The notes: generated by a model from the letters alone, not told the origin. Shown: positions 9,018 to 19,862, numbered from the stretch's first letter. The stretch: 64,000 bases of DNA from an uncultured Clostridia bacterium (GCA_944391805.1 CALXUY010000081.1:5914-69913); one strand, 5' to 3'. Numbers and translations are program-made.

Positions 9018-9046
9018 ATTATAGCATACTTTCAGGAGCCTGTCAA
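9018..9046 (-). promoter_or_regulatory. Consensus sigma-A promoter driving the T-box leader
   Basis: On the minus strand: TTGACA (9046-9041), exactly 17 nt, then TATAAT (9023-9018). Confidence 0.7.
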
Positions 9047-9223
9047 GTACCGGGAAAAAATTTTTTTGCGCGGACTGAAGGAGACCGGAGCCCCCGTATT
9101 GCACGGAAGCGCCTTACATCCGGTGCGTTCGGAACACCGCGCCACAGACAGACTCCATCTGCACTTTTGCCGCTCCCTACGACAAGCCTGCATTTTTTTA
9201 TTCAGAAAAAATGATAAAAGCAG

Positions 9224-9252
9224 TTGACTTTTTCCAAAAAATATGCTACAAT
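9224..9252 (+). promoter_or_regulatory. Sigma-A type promoter for the YegP-repeat gene
   Basis: TTGACT (9224-9229), a 17 nt spacer and TACAAT (9247-9252). Confidence 0.55.
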
Positions 9253-9287
9253 AAAGACAGATATTTGAGAAACAACGGAGGTTGGTT

Positions 9288-10493
9288 ATGGGATTCTGGA
9301 ATCTGTTTCAAAAGAAAAAGGACAAAGACGAGTCTGAGGCTGAAAAGGCGGCCGCAGCCAAACCGACCGACAGCAAGCCAGCCGTCAGCGCAGATGCAAG
9401 ATCCGCATCTGCCGCAAAGGCTGCGCCTGCCAAGCCGGCGGCTTCGTCTGCCAAGGCTGCTCCCGCAAAAGCAGCTTCGGGAACGGCAAAATCGGCTGCT
9501 GCAAAGCCGCAGCCGGCCAAAACAACAGCTCCCGCAGCGAAGTCCGGTGCGCAAAAGTCTGCATCTGCGGCGCCGAAGGCGGTTAAGATTTCGAGCGCGC
9601 CGGCAAATCCGCCTGCCCGCAGCAATGCCGGTTATCCGTTTTTTGCCACTACCGAGGAGGATATCCGCCTGGCCTTTGACAACGCCATTGCGGAGGCAGA
9701 AGCCGAAATCGAAAAGAACGGCGCCAAAGCCATCGGCAAGTACGAATTCAACCTGGAGGTGGACGGCTTCCACTTCTACTTGATCGCCAATAACGGCCAG
9801 GTGCTGTTTGACAGCCCCAGCTTCACCACCCTGATCGGCGCCCTCAACGGCATTAAAACCTTTAAGAAAACGGTTGCCAACGGTGAGTTTGACATCAAGG
9901 TGGATAAATACAAGCGGTATCGCTTCATTTTGGCCAACAAATACTATGGCGAAAATTATACCACACGCGAGCAGTGCCAGAAATGCGCCGAATCGGTGCG
10001 CAATTTTGCCAACAATGCGCGCATCATCCGTTATACACCGGACAAAGAGGCCTTGATTGCATATGAAACCGCCAGACTGACCAAGAACTCGGCCGACAAC
10101 GTGGACTGGAACGCCATTGCCAGAGCCGAAGCCACCGCGCAGAAAAAAGGCAAGTTTGAAATTTGCGAGGAAAAGAACGAATTTTGCTTCTATCTGCTGG
10201 CAAGCAATGGGCAGATTCTCTACTCCAGCCGGTATTATGCCAATGAAAACGCCTGCCGCAAGGGGATTGAATCCTTTAAGCGCGCCGCCTATGTGGGCAA
10301 TTTCTTTGTCGACCGCGACAAGTTCGGAAACTACCGCTATGTGCTCAAGAACATCGGCTCGGCTCCCAGCTTTATCGGTGAATCCTATGACAACAAGCCG
10401 CAGTGCGAGAAAATCATTGAATCGGTGAAAAACTTCATCGTCACCGCCACCATTGAAAAAGAGTCCGACGGCGAAAGCCCAGCAGAGGAATGA
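9288..10493 (+). CDS. DUF1508 (YegP) repeat protein with an Ala/Lys/Pro-rich N-terminal low-complexity region
   Basis: The ATG at 9288 lies 6 nt after the GGAGG SD; the tracked ORF starts at a TTG at 9282. Four YegP-like units are visible (FHFYLIANNGQVLFDS, YRFILANKYYGENYTT, FCFYLLASNGQILYSS and YRYVLKNIGSAPSFIGES). Confidence 0.75.
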   Translation: MGFWNLFQKKKDKDESEAEKAAAAKPTDSKPAVSADARSASAAKAAPAKPAASSAKAAPAKAASGTAKSAAAKPQPAKTTAPAAKSGAQKSASAAPKAVKISSAPANPPARSNAGYPFFATTEEDIRLAFDNAIAEAEAEIEKNGAKAIGKYEFNLEVDGFHFYLIANNGQVLFDSPSFTTLIGALNGIKTFKKTVANGEFDIKVDKYKRYRFILANKYYGENYTTREQCQKCAESVRNFANNARIIRYTPDKEALIAYETARLTKNSADNVDWNAIARAEATAQKKGKFEICEEKNEFCFYLLASNGQILYSSRYYANENACRKGIESFKRAAYVGNFFVDRDKFGNYRYVLKNIGSAPSFIGESYDNKPQCEKIIESVKNFIVTATIEKESDGESPAEE

Positions 10494-10499
10494 GCAAGA

Positions 10500-10536
10500 C
10501 CGCCCCGCAGATGTGATCTGCGGGGCGGGTTTTTGT
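10500..10536 (+). terminator. Intrinsic terminator
   Basis: CCGCCCCGCAGAT-GTG-ATCTGCGGGGCGG followed by GTTTTTGTT. Confidence 0.8.
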
Positions 10537-10705
10537 TAACTTTTCCTGTCGGAAGCGATTCAGAAAAAAGCTCCGCCTCCTTGCAAGCACTTCACGAAGG
10601 GCATTTTTCCAGTCTGCGCTGAAGGAGGCTCCCGCAAGCTCGTCCACTGCTCCTTCCGTGTTGCCTTAAAGGAAGCCCCGTCCTCACCCAAACGTACCCC
10701 TTTGC

Positions 10706-11479
10706 TCACGGATGTAGCGTCTCCTGTGCTTCCACGGCTGCAATCGCAGACTCGGTCATCTGTCCGAGGGCCTGTTCCGCATCCACGCCGAGAAGCGCCG
10801 AAAGCCTGACCACCGACCAAAGCAGCGCTCCGATCCGTGCGGCATCGTCCTGCGCGACAGCTCCGTCCGCGGGGAGGCCGCTCTCCGCCGCTTGGGCTGC
10901 CGCCTGCAGCCCCTCCGCCTGGGCGTGCAGTTCCTGCGCAAGCGCACCGAAGCTGTCTCCTTCCACTGCGCCGGACTTTTTGACGATCTTTTCCGCACGC
11001 ATGAGAGCCGGAAGCATCGGAGGAACCGCGCGCAGACGGGATGAGAGCGTTTTGCGCTGCTTTTCCTCGGTTTTGATGCGCTCCCAGCGGTTCAGCACAT
11101 CCTCCGTCCCGCTGACCGCACAGGAGGCAAAGACATGCGGGTGCCGGTGAATCATTTTCACGCAGATGTCATGCACCACGTCGTCCACTGTGAATCGCCC
11201 TGCCTCGGCCTCGATCTGCGAATGAAACATCACCTGAAACAGAACATCCCCCAGCTCCTCCCGCAGCAGGTCGGAATTTGCAGTGTCTATCGCCTCCACC
11301 ACCTCGTACGCTTCCTCAATCATGCAGCTCCGGATGCTCTCGTGCGTCTGCTCAATGTCCCACGGGCATCCGCCCGGCGCGCGCAGCAGGCGCATGATCG
11401 TCATCAAATCCGAAAAATCGTACCGCTCCTGTGCGAGCAGTGCTTTGACCGTCTCTTCCCTGTTCATATCGTCGTTCAT
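10706..11479 (-). CDS. mazG: MazG-family nucleoside triphosphate pyrophosphohydrolase (YabN-like)
   Basis: Conserved segment LRAPGGCPWDIEQTHESIRSCMIEEAYEVVEAID...LGDVLFQV...RHPHVF. The start ATG at 11479 follows the SD AGGAAGGA and overlaps the upstream stop as ATGA. The tracked 426 aa ORF is an artefactual 5' extension into the upstream gene. Confidence 0.85.
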   Translation of the reverse strand: MNDDMNREETVKALLAQERYDFSDLMTIMRLLRAPGGCPWDIEQTHESIRSCMIEEAYEVVEAIDTANSDLLREELGDVLFQVMFHSQIEAEAGRFTVDDVVHDICVKMIHRHPHVFASCAVSGTEDVLNRWERIKTEEKQRKTLSSRLRAVPPMLPALMRAEKIVKKSGAVEGDSFGALAQELHAQAEGLQAAAQAAESGLPADGAVAQDDAARIGALLWSVVRLSALLGVDAEQALGQMTESAIAAVEAQETLHP

Positions 11480-13137
11480 ATCGTCCTTCCTTTTTCCGCC
11501 GGCTCCAACGCCCGGATCAGGCGCAGGCGAACCAGCACATGGTATATTTTGTTGCCCATCGGCAGCGCGAGAATATCCTCTGCGCTGACCACGCCGAACA
11601 GGCAGGCAAACAGCAGATACAGCCCAACGCTGAGCAGCAAAGACCCAAGGGTGAGAACCGTGCTCTCCCCGATGCGCGCCGCAATCGCGAGATACCCGCC
11701 ATAGGCCAGCCCGACCGCTCCCAGCGCCGCTCCGAGAGGACGCAGGAACACCGGCAAAAGATCGGGGGTTTTGCACAAGCGGCCGGCAAACCAGAGGTTC
11801 ATTCCCACCACCACGGCATTGCAGAGAAAGGTGCTGACCGGCGCGCCGATCATGCCGACCGACGGAATGCCGATCAGGAAATACGCCGCCGCGATTTTCA
11901 CGGCCGCCCCGGCCAGCATGGAAAGAATGGGGCGTGTGACCGACTGATAGGCATGAAGCACCGAATTGGTGGCGGTGATCATGCACGAGAGGAACACCGA
12001 CACCCCGAGAATCGAGAGCAGCGGCGCCGCAATGGCCACCGCCTCCGGCTCTCCTCCGAACAGCAGCTTGAGAATGGGGCGGGCAAACGCCGAAACCCCG
12101 AGCGCCGCCGGAATGGCAAACAGTGCGGTGAGCTGATAAGAGGAGCGGATCATCTGCGCCTGCCGCTCGCGGTCGCCCGACGCAATGGCCGCCGACAGAA
12201 TGGGCACCAGCGGAAGCGCAACCGAGTTGACCAGCGCCGGCAGCAGCCCGAACACCGAGAGCGCCAGTGTGGTATAGCTCCCGTAGGCCTCGTTGGCCAT
12301 GGCCTCGCTCAAACCGATGGCCTGCAGACGGCGCAGAATCATGGTCATGTCAATCAGCTTGGTCAGGCTTACGGCAGAGGCGCCCAGTGTCATGGGGATG
12401 GCCAGGCGGCCGAGATCCGCCCAGATTCTGCGATACGTTCCGGAGGACAAAACCGTCTCCGGCGCCTCCCCCTCCCTGCCGTCCGGCCGGAAGCGGAGCT
12501 TTTCCACCACCAGATAGAGCATGGAAACCAGCGTTCCCAGCGTCAGCCCCACGCCGGCAGCGGCGGCGACCTGCGGCGTTTCATATCCCCGTCCCAGCGC
12601 CCAGCGCGCCAGAAGCAGGCCGAACGCCAGCTTTCCCACGGCCTCAATCAGCTGGGACACCGCGGTGGGCAGCATGCGCTGGTAGCCCTGAAAATACCCG
12701 CGGAGCGCCGAGGACACGCAGATGAAAAACACGGTCGGCGCGATGGACAGAATGCAGGCGTGGGCATTTTCACTCCGGATCAGGCGGCAGAAGGCGGGCG
12801 AAAAGACCACCATCACCGCGGTTCCGATCAGACCGATCAGAAGGAAAACCGCCATCGACGCGCGGTAAATTTTTTGCGCGCCCCTTCTCTCCCCCCGGGC
12901 AATGGAGGCAGAGATCAGCACCGAAAGCGCGACCGGAAGCCCCGCTGTGGCAATGACGCAGAACAGCGCGTAAATCTCATACGCGGAATTGAAGTAGCCC
13001 ATGCCCTCCGATCCGAGATAGGAGAGCATGGGAATTTTATAGATCAGCCCGATGACCTTGACCAGCACGGTGGAAAGCGAAAGCAGCAAAACCCCCGATA
13101 AAAATATTTTTTTGACTGTTTTCTGACCTTCCGCCAT
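11476..13137 (-). CDS. MOP-superfamily flippase (MurJ/SpoVB/YabM-like polysaccharide or lipid II flippase)
   Basis: 553 aa multi-pass membrane protein with the N-terminus KIFLSGVLLLSLSTVLVKVIGLIYKIPMLSYLGSEGMGYFNSAYEIY, typical of the family. The yabM-yabN (mazG) synteny is known from Firmicutes. Confidence 0.8.
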   Translation of the reverse strand: MAEGQKTVKKIFLSGVLLLSLSTVLVKVIGLIYKIPMLSYLGSEGMGYFNSAYEIYALFCVIATAGLPVALSVLISASIARGERRGAQKIYRASMAVFLLIGLIGTAVMVVFSPAFCRLIRSENAHACILSIAPTVFFICVSSALRGYFQGYQRMLPTAVSQLIEAVGKLAFGLLLARWALGRGYETPQVAAAAGVGLTLGTLVSMLYLVVEKLRFRPDGREGEAPETVLSSGTYRRIWADLGRLAIPMTLGASAVSLTKLIDMTMILRRLQAIGLSEAMANEAYGSYTTLALSVFGLLPALVNSVALPLVPILSAAIASGDRERQAQMIRSSYQLTALFAIPAALGVSAFARPILKLLFGGEPEAVAIAAPLLSILGVSVFLSCMITATNSVLHAYQSVTRPILSMLAGAAVKIAAAYFLIGIPSVGMIGAPVSTFLCNAVVVGMNLWFAGRLCKTPDLLPVFLRPLGAALGAVGLAYGGYLAIAARIGESTVLTLGSLLLSVGLYLLFACLFGVVSAEDILALPMGNKIYHVLVRLRLIRALEPAEKGRTI

Positions 13138-13153
13138 ACCGCATCACCGCCGT

Positions 13154-14443
13154 TTACTCAAAATAATGAGCAAACGTCTCGCGGCAATCGTAACGGAGCC
13201 GTTCCTCATCAATGGAAGTATACTCACCGTTCCGGTAAAGTATGCGTCCATCGACCATCGTCATGCGCACATCCGCCGTTTCCGCGCTGTAGGCCAGCAT
13301 CGCATAATCGTCATAGCACGGCAGATTGTGCAGCGGGCTGCGGTCGATCAGCACCAGATCGGCACGGCAGCCCACCCCGATGCGTCCGCAATCCTCCCGC
13401 CGCTGCGCCAGCGCGCCGCCCCTGGTGGCCAGCGCAAACAGCACTCGCGCCGGCGCCAGGGACGGGTCGCGGTTGACGCCCTTGTGGATCAGCGCCGCCG
13501 TTTGCAGCTCGCGCAGAATGTCCAGCCGGTTGTTGGAGGCTGCGCCATCGGTTCCCAGCGCCACATTCACGCCGGCGTTCAGCAGCTTGCCCAGCGGCAT
13601 CACCCCGCTGCCCAGCTTGAGGTTGCTGACCGGATTGTGCGCCACGCTTGCCTTCTTTTCGGCAAGAACCGCAATATCCTCATCGGTCAGCCACACGCCG
13701 TGCGCCGCGCAGGTGGGATTTTCCAGCACGCCGGTATCCCGGAAAAACGCGGTTGGCGTCTTGCCCCAGCGTGCGATGCACTCGCGGTGCTCCTTTTCGG
13801 TCTCCGAAAGATGAATCTGCATACCGGTGTGAAAGCGGCCGGCCACCTCCGCCACATAGGCGCAGGCCCGCGGCACATTGGTATACTCGGCATGCAGTGA
13901 AAAATCCACCAGAATGCGCCCGTCGTCATACCCGTGATACCACTCGGCCAGCCGCAGCGCCTCAATCATGCGGGGCTCCCTGGCAATGTCCCCATCCGGA
14001 TCAAAGGATACCAGCGAGCGCGAGAGATTGGCCTTGATGCCGCTGGCCAGCACCGCCTCGGCCACCGCGTCCTCAAACATATACATATCCGAAAACGAGG
14101 CGATGCCCGCGCGCAGCATTTCGGCAATGGCCAGCATGCTGGCATGATACACACTGCGGAAGGTCAGCCTTTCCTCTGCCGGAAAAATCTTCTCCTCCAG
14201 CCAACGCTGCAGGGGCAGATCCTCGCCGTAGCCCCGGAACAGCGTCATCGCCGCGTGGCAATGCGCATTGTAAAAGGCCGGAATCAGCAGGTTGCCGGCG
14301 CAATCGATCACCTCGTCGGCCGGCGCTTCCGGCGGCTGTTCGGTGATACCGGCAATTTTTTTGTCCTTGACCAGCACCGAGACCCGGCGGCTGCCATAGC
14401 CGTATTCGGGAAGCAGTGTGGCGTTTTTCAACAGTATTTTCAT
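13154..14443 (-). CDS. mtaD: Amidohydrolase, 5-methylthioadenosine/S-adenosylhomocysteine deaminase-like
   Basis: MKILLKNATLL... with the metal-binding motif HCHAAMTLFRG and later HLSET and DGAASNN motifs. The ATG at 14443 has an AAGGA SD. The 5' part of the tracked ORF was discarded. Confidence 0.8.
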   Translation of the reverse strand: MKILLKNATLLPEYGYGSRRVSVLVKDKKIAGITEQPPEAPADEVIDCAGNLLIPAFYNAHCHAAMTLFRGYGEDLPLQRWLEEKIFPAEERLTFRSVYHASMLAIAEMLRAGIASFSDMYMFEDAVAEAVLASGIKANLSRSLVSFDPDGDIAREPRMIEALRLAEWYHGYDDGRILVDFSLHAEYTNVPRACAYVAEVAGRFHTGMQIHLSETEKEHRECIARWGKTPTAFFRDTGVLENPTCAAHGVWLTDEDIAVLAEKKASVAHNPVSNLKLGSGVMPLGKLLNAGVNVALGTDGAASNNRLDILRELQTAALIHKGVNRDPSLAPARVLFALATRGGALAQRREDCGRIGVGCRADLVLIDRSPLHNLPCYDDYAMLAYSAETADVRMTMVDGRILYRNGEYTSIDEERLRYDCRETFAHYFE

Positions 14444-14583
14444 GGTTGTATCGTCCTTTGGCAAGGGGCAGAGCCCATGGGTTTGCAGACAAGCGCACCG
14501 GGCGGCAGCCCGGCAGTGCATTGGCAGGGGTTACGGTCCGAACAACGCATAGACCCGAAACGGCGCGCCTGCCTGCGCGGTTT

Positions 14584-15495
14584 TCAGATAAATTCCCTGT
14601 AAAGCGATTCCGGCCCGATATAGGAGTCCGGCACCGCCTGCACCTCGTCCAGCCGGGCCAGAATCGACTGCCCCTTGCCCCAAAAATGGTCGGTTTCCGG
14701 AATCTGCGGCAGAATCGATTCGAGATAGGGCTTGAGCACCCCGATTTCATACGGCATGGTGGAATCGATGCGGCTGCTGCAATGGTGCACATACGGGAAA
14801 ATATTCTTTTCCTCGTTTTCCCGCACGCTCTGCCAGAGATAGAAGGTGAACGCCGGGGTGGCGTTCCGGTAACGGTAATCGCGCACCAACCGCCGCATCA
14901 GACGGATTTCGTTCGGCAGAAACAGCTCTCCGCCCGCCGCAATTGAGGAGGACGGGCTGATATACACGCTCCGGTAAGCGCTCTGGGAGAGAATTGCATC
15001 CACGCCCGGATAGAGGATCTGAATGCCCTCAAACAAAAACAGATCGTTGTGTCGCGGGCAGAGCAGCTCTCCCTCCTCCCGGCAGCCCGAATGAAAGTTG
15101 AAATGCGGCATCCGGGTCGGCTTTCCGGCCAGCAGCGACTCGGTGCATTCCCGCAGAAAGTCCACGTCGATGGTTTCCTCCGAGTCAAAATCCGGCTCCT
15201 GCCGACCGCTCTCCTGCGCCTGCTCACGCAGATAGGATTTGTTGAAATAAAAATCGTCGATGGAAATGACATGCAGCGCCTTTCCATGCCGCGCAAGCGC
15301 CCGTGTCAGGTGCTCGGCCGCGGTGGTCTTTCCCGAGCAGGTCGGCCCGGTCAGACCGATCAGGTGCAGCTCGGGGAGCGCTGCCAGCTCGGCCGAGAGG
15401 TTCCCGAGCTGCTCCTCAAAGTGCTTCTCGCCCGCCTCCACCAGCTCGGCAAGGCCGGCGTTGCTGAGAATTGGTGCAATTGTGTAACGTTTCAT
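14584..15495 (-). CDS. Uridine kinase-family P-loop nucleoside kinase-like protein
   Basis: P-loop GLTGPTCSGKTT and an ISIDDFY motif. The start MKRYT at 15495 has an AAAGGA SD. Confidence 0.5.
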   Translation of the reverse strand: MKRYTIAPILSNAGLAELVEAGEKHFEEQLGNLSAELAALPELHLIGLTGPTCSGKTTAAEHLTRALARHGKALHVISIDDFYFNKSYLREQAQESGRQEPDFDSEETIDVDFLRECTESLLAGKPTRMPHFNFHSGCREEGELLCPRHNDLFLFEGIQILYPGVDAILSQSAYRSVYISPSSSIAAGGELFLPNEIRLMRRLVRDYRYRNATPAFTFYLWQSVRENEEKNIFPYVHHCSSRIDSTMPYEIGVLKPYLESILPQIPETDHFWGKGQSILARLDEVQAVPDSYIGPESLYREFI

Positions 15496-15564
15496 CCGAC
15501 TATGATCCTTTCCGGTATTCGGGCCGGCAGACAGCAGGCCAGAGGCCGACGCCTGCATGGCGCT

Positions 15565-17061
15565 TCAGTCCAGCAGCCCGTGCTGACGGTAGAAGGCTTC
15601 CATGACCGCGGTTTTCTGCCCGGTGCTATCGTCCTTGAGATACTCGTAAGGATACTTGGGATAAAACAGCCGTTCAATCACCGGTTTTCCGCCTCCCCGC
15701 GGGGTGTAATCCACCATTTTGGAGACGGCGCCGGCTCCGGCGGCGAATATGGAATGCACTTCCTCCATCATATAAACATTGTAGCGGCACTCCGCGCCCT
15801 CCAGCGCAAAGCCCACATTTTCAAAATTGCCCACCGTGTTCTTCTGGCGATACATATAGTATGGCCGGTAGCCCTCCTGCGCGGCCCGCAGCTGCGTGTA
15901 ATCCACGCACTTCCCGGCGTCACCGCCGCGAAGCGAATAGACGTGGCTGTCCTGACGCAGAATATCCGCCGCCTTTTTGACACAGAAGGTGTGCACCGTG
16001 AGGTTTTCGGGGCGCAGAGCGACCACCTGATCGAAGGACTTGGCAAAAATGTGGAAATGATCGCCCGGAAGCCCGACAATCAGATCCGTATTAATATATG
16101 GGATTCCCGACGCTCTTGCCACCGCAAACGCACGGAAAAAATCCGCGGCGGTGTGACAGCGCCCGATGTTTTGCAGCACCTCGTCCGAGAGCGACTGCGC
16201 ATTGACGCAGACGCGGTTGACGCCATACTCCCGTGCCACCGCAAATTTTTCGGCGGTGATGGTGTCCGCCCGGCCCGACTCCAGCGTATATTCCTCCAGC
16301 GCGCCGACGTCCACGCACTCGGCAATCGTCGAGAGCAGACGGCGGAGCTGGTCGGGCGTCAGGATCGTGGGCGTGCCGCCGCCGATGTAAACCGTGCAGA
16401 GCCGCAGCCCCAGCTCCCGAATCTTGGCCGCCATCTGCCGCACGTCAGTCATCAGACGCTCCAGATAATCCGGAATCAGGTCCAGCAGCTTGCGTGAGGT
16501 GTAGGAGACAAAGGAGCAGTAGGAGCAGCGGGTCGGGCAGAACGGAATGGAAATGTACAGGCTGCAATCTCTGCGGCCGGGATTGCCGATGATTTTCTGC
16601 TCATTGATGGCCACATCGGTGGCCAGCGCCGCCTTTTTGGGGATGACCGAATACTCGGAGGCCAGAATTTTTTTGACTCTGGTCTTGCTCAGCCCCTGCC
16701 GGAGCAGCTCGGTTGCCACCTTGCTCGGGCGCACCCCGGTCAGCATGCCCCATGATGGGCGGTAGCCCAGGAGCTGACCGCAGGCCGCAATCACGGCCAG
16801 CCCGCACACCAGCTTGGCGGTCTTCTCTCCGGTATGATGCTCGGAATCCTCCAGAAAACGGGTGGCGGAGGCGCTTTTCCCGTTCGCCGTGACGGTGACG
16901 GCGGCTTCCATGCCCCCGTTGCGTGCGCGCAGCCGCAGCGAGAGCATGGGGGCGTCCGGAGCCTCCTGCTCGGCCGCTCCGAATTTTTCGCCCGGGAAAA
17001 AAATCATGCACAGTGTCTGAATATAGTATACATTCACATTGCCGTCCAATATCAATTTCAT
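15565..17061 (-). CDS. hemZ: Radical SAM coproporphyrinogen dehydrogenase-like protein (HemZ/HemN family)
   Basis: The ORF starts [27 protein letters not shown]. The radical SAM cluster motif is [15 protein letters not shown]. The ATG at 17061 overlaps the dtd stop as ATGA. Confidence 0.8.
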   Translation of the reverse strand: MKLILDGNVNVYYIQTLCMIFFPGEKFGAAEQEAPDAPMLSLRLRARNGGMEAAVTVTANGKSASATRFLEDSEHHTGEKTAKLVCGLAVIAACGQLLGYRPSWGMLTGVRPSKVATELLRQGLSKTRVKKILASEYSVIPKKAALATDVAINEQKIIGNPGRRDCSLYISIPFCPTRCSYCSFVSYTSRKLLDLIPDYLERLMTDVRQMAAKIRELGLRLCTVYIGGGTPTILTPDQLRRLLSTIAECVDVGALEEYTLESGRADTITAEKFAVAREYGVNRVCVNAQSLSDEVLQNIGRCHTAADFFRAFAVARASGIPYINTDLIVGLPGDHFHIFAKSFDQVVALRPENLTVHTFCVKKAADILRQDSHVYSLRGGDAGKCVDYTQLRAAQEGYRPYYMYRQKNTVGNFENVGFALEGAECRYNVYMMEEVHSIFAAGAGAVSKMVDYTPRGGGKPVIERLFYPKYPYEYLKDDSTGQKTAVMEAFYRQHGLLD

Positions 17062-17534
17062 TGTGATGTTTCCTTTATTTTTCTTTCGCTCAAAGCATCT
17101 GTATCCAGAAGGATGGTAACCGGGCCGTCGTTGAGCAGGCTGACCTGCATATCGGCTCCGAACACGCCGCTCTCCACATGCCGCACCTCGCGCGAAGCCA
17201 GCGTTTTGAAATATTCGTAAAGCGGCACGGCGGTATCCGGCTTGGCTGAGGCCAGAAAATCCGGCCGATTGCCCCGCCGGCAGTTGGCAAACAGCGTAAA
17301 CTGTGACACCACCAGCAGCTCGCCGCCCACATCCAGCAGCGAGCGGTTCATCTTTCCGTTCTCGTCCGCAAAGACCCGCAGGTTGATGATTTTGCGGCAG
17401 AGCAGCTCGGCCTCGCGCTCGGTGTCCCCCGCCGCAATCCCGAGCAGGACCAGAAAGCCCGCTCCGCAGCTCCCCACGGTTTTCCCGTCCACGGCAACCT
17501 CGGCATGACTGACACACTGCAATACAGCTCTCAT
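17058..17534 (-). CDS. dtd: D-aminoacyl-tRNA deacylase
   Basis: [33 protein letters not shown]...[18 protein letters not shown]...[11 protein letters not shown]; the family is easily recognised. Confidence 0.9.
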   Translation of the reverse strand: MRAVLQCVSHAEVAVDGKTVGSCGAGFLVLLGIAAGDTEREAELLCRKIINLRVFADENGKMNRSLLDVGGELLVVSQFTLFANCRRGNRPDFLASAKPDTAVPLYEYFKTLASREVRHVESGVFGADMQVSLLNDGPVTILLDTDALSERKIKETSQ

Positions 17535-17595
17535 AAACAATGACCTCACAAAATGTTCTGAATGGTCGCGACACATGAGGCGGCACTTCCGCCGC

Positions 17596-19830
17596 TCACG
17601 AAAAGCCGCGTATCACGTTGTTCACACCGTCCAGCCCCCGCAGGCGGGAAACGATGGAATGGAAATGATCGATGTTTTTGCACCCCACGCTGAGGGTGAT
17701 AATGATGCCCTCGCTGCTCCGGCGCACCACATTGATCTGCAGAATGGAAACCCGCATATCGGCCAGCGCCGTTGTGATGTTCGCAAGCATTCCGATGCGG
17801 TCGTCGCTGTATACCTGGAGCAGTGCCTCGTACATGCCCTGATCGTTGCCGGTGGCCGCATTCTCCTCCCAGTGCGCCTCCTTCCAGCGCCCGACATATG
17901 CGGGATTTCCCCTGCCCCGCAGGACGTTGGGGCAATCGGTTTTGTGGATGGAAATACCAAAGCCCTTGGTGACAAAGCCGATGATGTCGTCACCCGGCAA
18001 AGGATTGCAGCATTTGGCGAATTTGACAAGGCACCCGGATTCCCCATCCACCACAATTCCGCCGCCCGAGTGCGAATTGTGCGGAAGCTGTTTGATGGGC
18101 ACCTGATCCGGCTCGAGAATACGGGCGGACTCCTCGGACTCCGGATGAATGAAGCGGGCACACTCCTCCTGCAGGCGGTTGATGAATTTGGAAACCGCCA
18201 GCCCACCGTAGCCGATGGCGTTGTAAAAATCCTCCACGCTGTTGTATCCGAAGCGGGTGCATATGGGCTGGAGCAGCTCCTCCTTCTGCGCCTCGCTCAA
18301 AGTGGTTTTGCCACAGAACTTGCGCAGCTCGGTCTCCACGGCGGCCTTGCCCACCGCAATGTTGTCGCTCCGGCGCTCCCGCTTGAACCAACCGCGGATC
18401 TTGGCTCTTGCCGCCGAGGTTTTGACGATGTTGAGCCAATCTCTGCTCGGCCCCCGCGCGGCGGAGGAGGTGAGAATCTCCACAATCTCCCCGTTCTGCA
18501 GCGTGCGGTCGATGGGAACAATCATGCCGTTGATCTTGCCGCCGATCATCTTGTTGCCCACCTCCGTGTGGACCGCGTAGGCAAAGTCGATCAGGTTCGC
18601 GCCGTACGGCAGGGCGATGACATCCCCTTTCGGCGTGAATACAAACACCTCGTCGTGGAAAATATCGGTTTTCAGTGCGCTCATAAACTCATCGGGGTCG
18701 CGCGCGCTGTCCTCGGTCTCAATCAGGCTGGCGATCCATGCCAGCTTTTTGTCCATCTCCTCCTTGGAGGTGGCGCCGGACTTGTATTTCCAGTGGGCGG
18801 CAATACCGTACTCGGCGATGTGGTGCATCTCCCATGTGCGGATCTGCACCTCGAACGGAATGCCGTCCCGCCCGATGACCGTGGTGTGCAGCGAACGGTA
18901 CATGTTTGGCTTCGGCGTGGAGATGTAGTCCTTGAAGCGCCCGGGAATCGAATTGAACATCTCATGAATCAGCCCCAGAGCGGTATAGCACTCCAGCTCG
19001 GTATCCACAATGATGCGCAGCGCATAGAAATCGTAAATCTCGTCAAAGGACTTGTTCTGGTTGTACATCTTGCGGTAGATGGAATAGACCGACTTGATTC
19101 TGCCCTCGAGCGTAAAGTGAATGCCGTTTTCCCGCATTTTGCGGTCCACAGCACCGCGCACATTCTCAATGAAGTTGAGGTTCTGCCCGTATTTTTCCTC
19201 AATGTGCCGGCGCACCTCCTCATAGCCGATGGGGTCCAGATACTGCAGGCTCAGATTTTCCAGCTCCTGCTTGATGCGCTGCATACCCAGCCGATGCGCC
19301 AGCGGGGCGTAGACATACATGGTTTCCAGCGCGGTCAGCCGCCGTTTGGAATCCGGCTTGGCGTCCAGCGTGCGCATATTGTGCAGACGGTCGCAGAGCT
19401 TGATGAAGATGACCCGCACATCCCGCGACATGGCCAGCAGCATCTTGCGCAGGTTCTCAATGTGCGCCTCTTCCTTGTCCTCCACCTGAAGCATGACGAT
19501 TTTGGTCAGACCGTCCACCAGTCCCGCAACCTCTTTGCCGAACTTCTTTTCAATTTCCTTGAGGTTGGTTTTATCCGAGCAGTCCTCTACCGTATCGTGC
19601 AGCAGCGCGGCGCAGATCGAATCGGTATCCAGCTCCAGACCGGCCACAATTTCGGCCACCGCTACCGGATGGGAAATATACGGCTCCCCGCTCACCCGCA
19701 TCTGCCCCTCATGCATTTCTCTGGCATATTCAAAGGCCCGGGTGATTTTATCCAGATCATATTTTTTGCCGGTTGCCCGCAGAATTTCGAGCAGCCTGCT
19801 GATATCGGTATGTACCGGGGTTTGGCTCAT
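17596..19830 (-). CDS. relA: Bifunctional (p)ppGpp synthetase/hydrolase, long RSH
   Basis: 744 aa. HD hydrolase domain (HPVAVAEI...LHDTVED), synthetase domain (YRSLHTTV...EVQIRT), TGS domain ([12 protein letters not shown]) and a C-terminal ACT domain. Confidence 0.95.
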   Translation of the reverse strand: MSQTPVHTDISRLLEILRATGKKYDLDKITRAFEYAREMHEGQMRVSGEPYISHPVAVAEIVAGLELDTDSICAALLHDTVEDCSDKTNLKEIEKKFGKEVAGLVDGLTKIVMLQVEDKEEAHIENLRKMLLAMSRDVRVIFIKLCDRLHNMRTLDAKPDSKRRLTALETMYVYAPLAHRLGMQRIKQELENLSLQYLDPIGYEEVRRHIEEKYGQNLNFIENVRGAVDRKMRENGIHFTLEGRIKSVYSIYRKMYNQNKSFDEIYDFYALRIIVDTELECYTALGLIHEMFNSIPGRFKDYISTPKPNMYRSLHTTVIGRDGIPFEVQIRTWEMHHIAEYGIAAHWKYKSGATSKEEMDKKLAWIASLIETEDSARDPDEFMSALKTDIFHDEVFVFTPKGDVIALPYGANLIDFAYAVHTEVGNKMIGGKINGMIVPIDRTLQNGEIVEILTSSAARGPSRDWLNIVKTSAARAKIRGWFKRERRSDNIAVGKAAVETELRKFCGKTTLSEAQKEELLQPICTRFGYNSVEDFYNAIGYGGLAVSKFINRLQEECARFIHPESEESARILEPDQVPIKQLPHNSHSGGGIVVDGESGCLVKFAKCCNPLPGDDIIGFVTKGFGISIHKTDCPNVLRGRGNPAYVGRWKEAHWEENAATGNDQGMYEALLQVYSDDRIGMLANITTALADMRVSILQINVVRRSSEGIIITLSVGCKNIDHFHSIVSRLRGLDGVNNVIRGFS

Positions 19831-19862
19831 ATATTGGCACCTCGCTCTCCTCGGGCTGCGGG

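Noticed and set aside
10706-11986. 5' extensions of tracked ORFs: mazG 426 aa, hemZ 673 aa (15565-17586), recJ 799 aa (19863-22262) and ktrB 517 aa (31310-32863). Also mtaD, the uridine-kinase-like gene, the FAD oxidoreductase, the symporter and the MacB-like gene.
   Set aside because: The extensions overlap upstream genes or leaders, lack family similarity and are Arg/Ala/Gly-rich. Internal starts with SD sequences, often ATGA-coupled, give proteins of canonical length.
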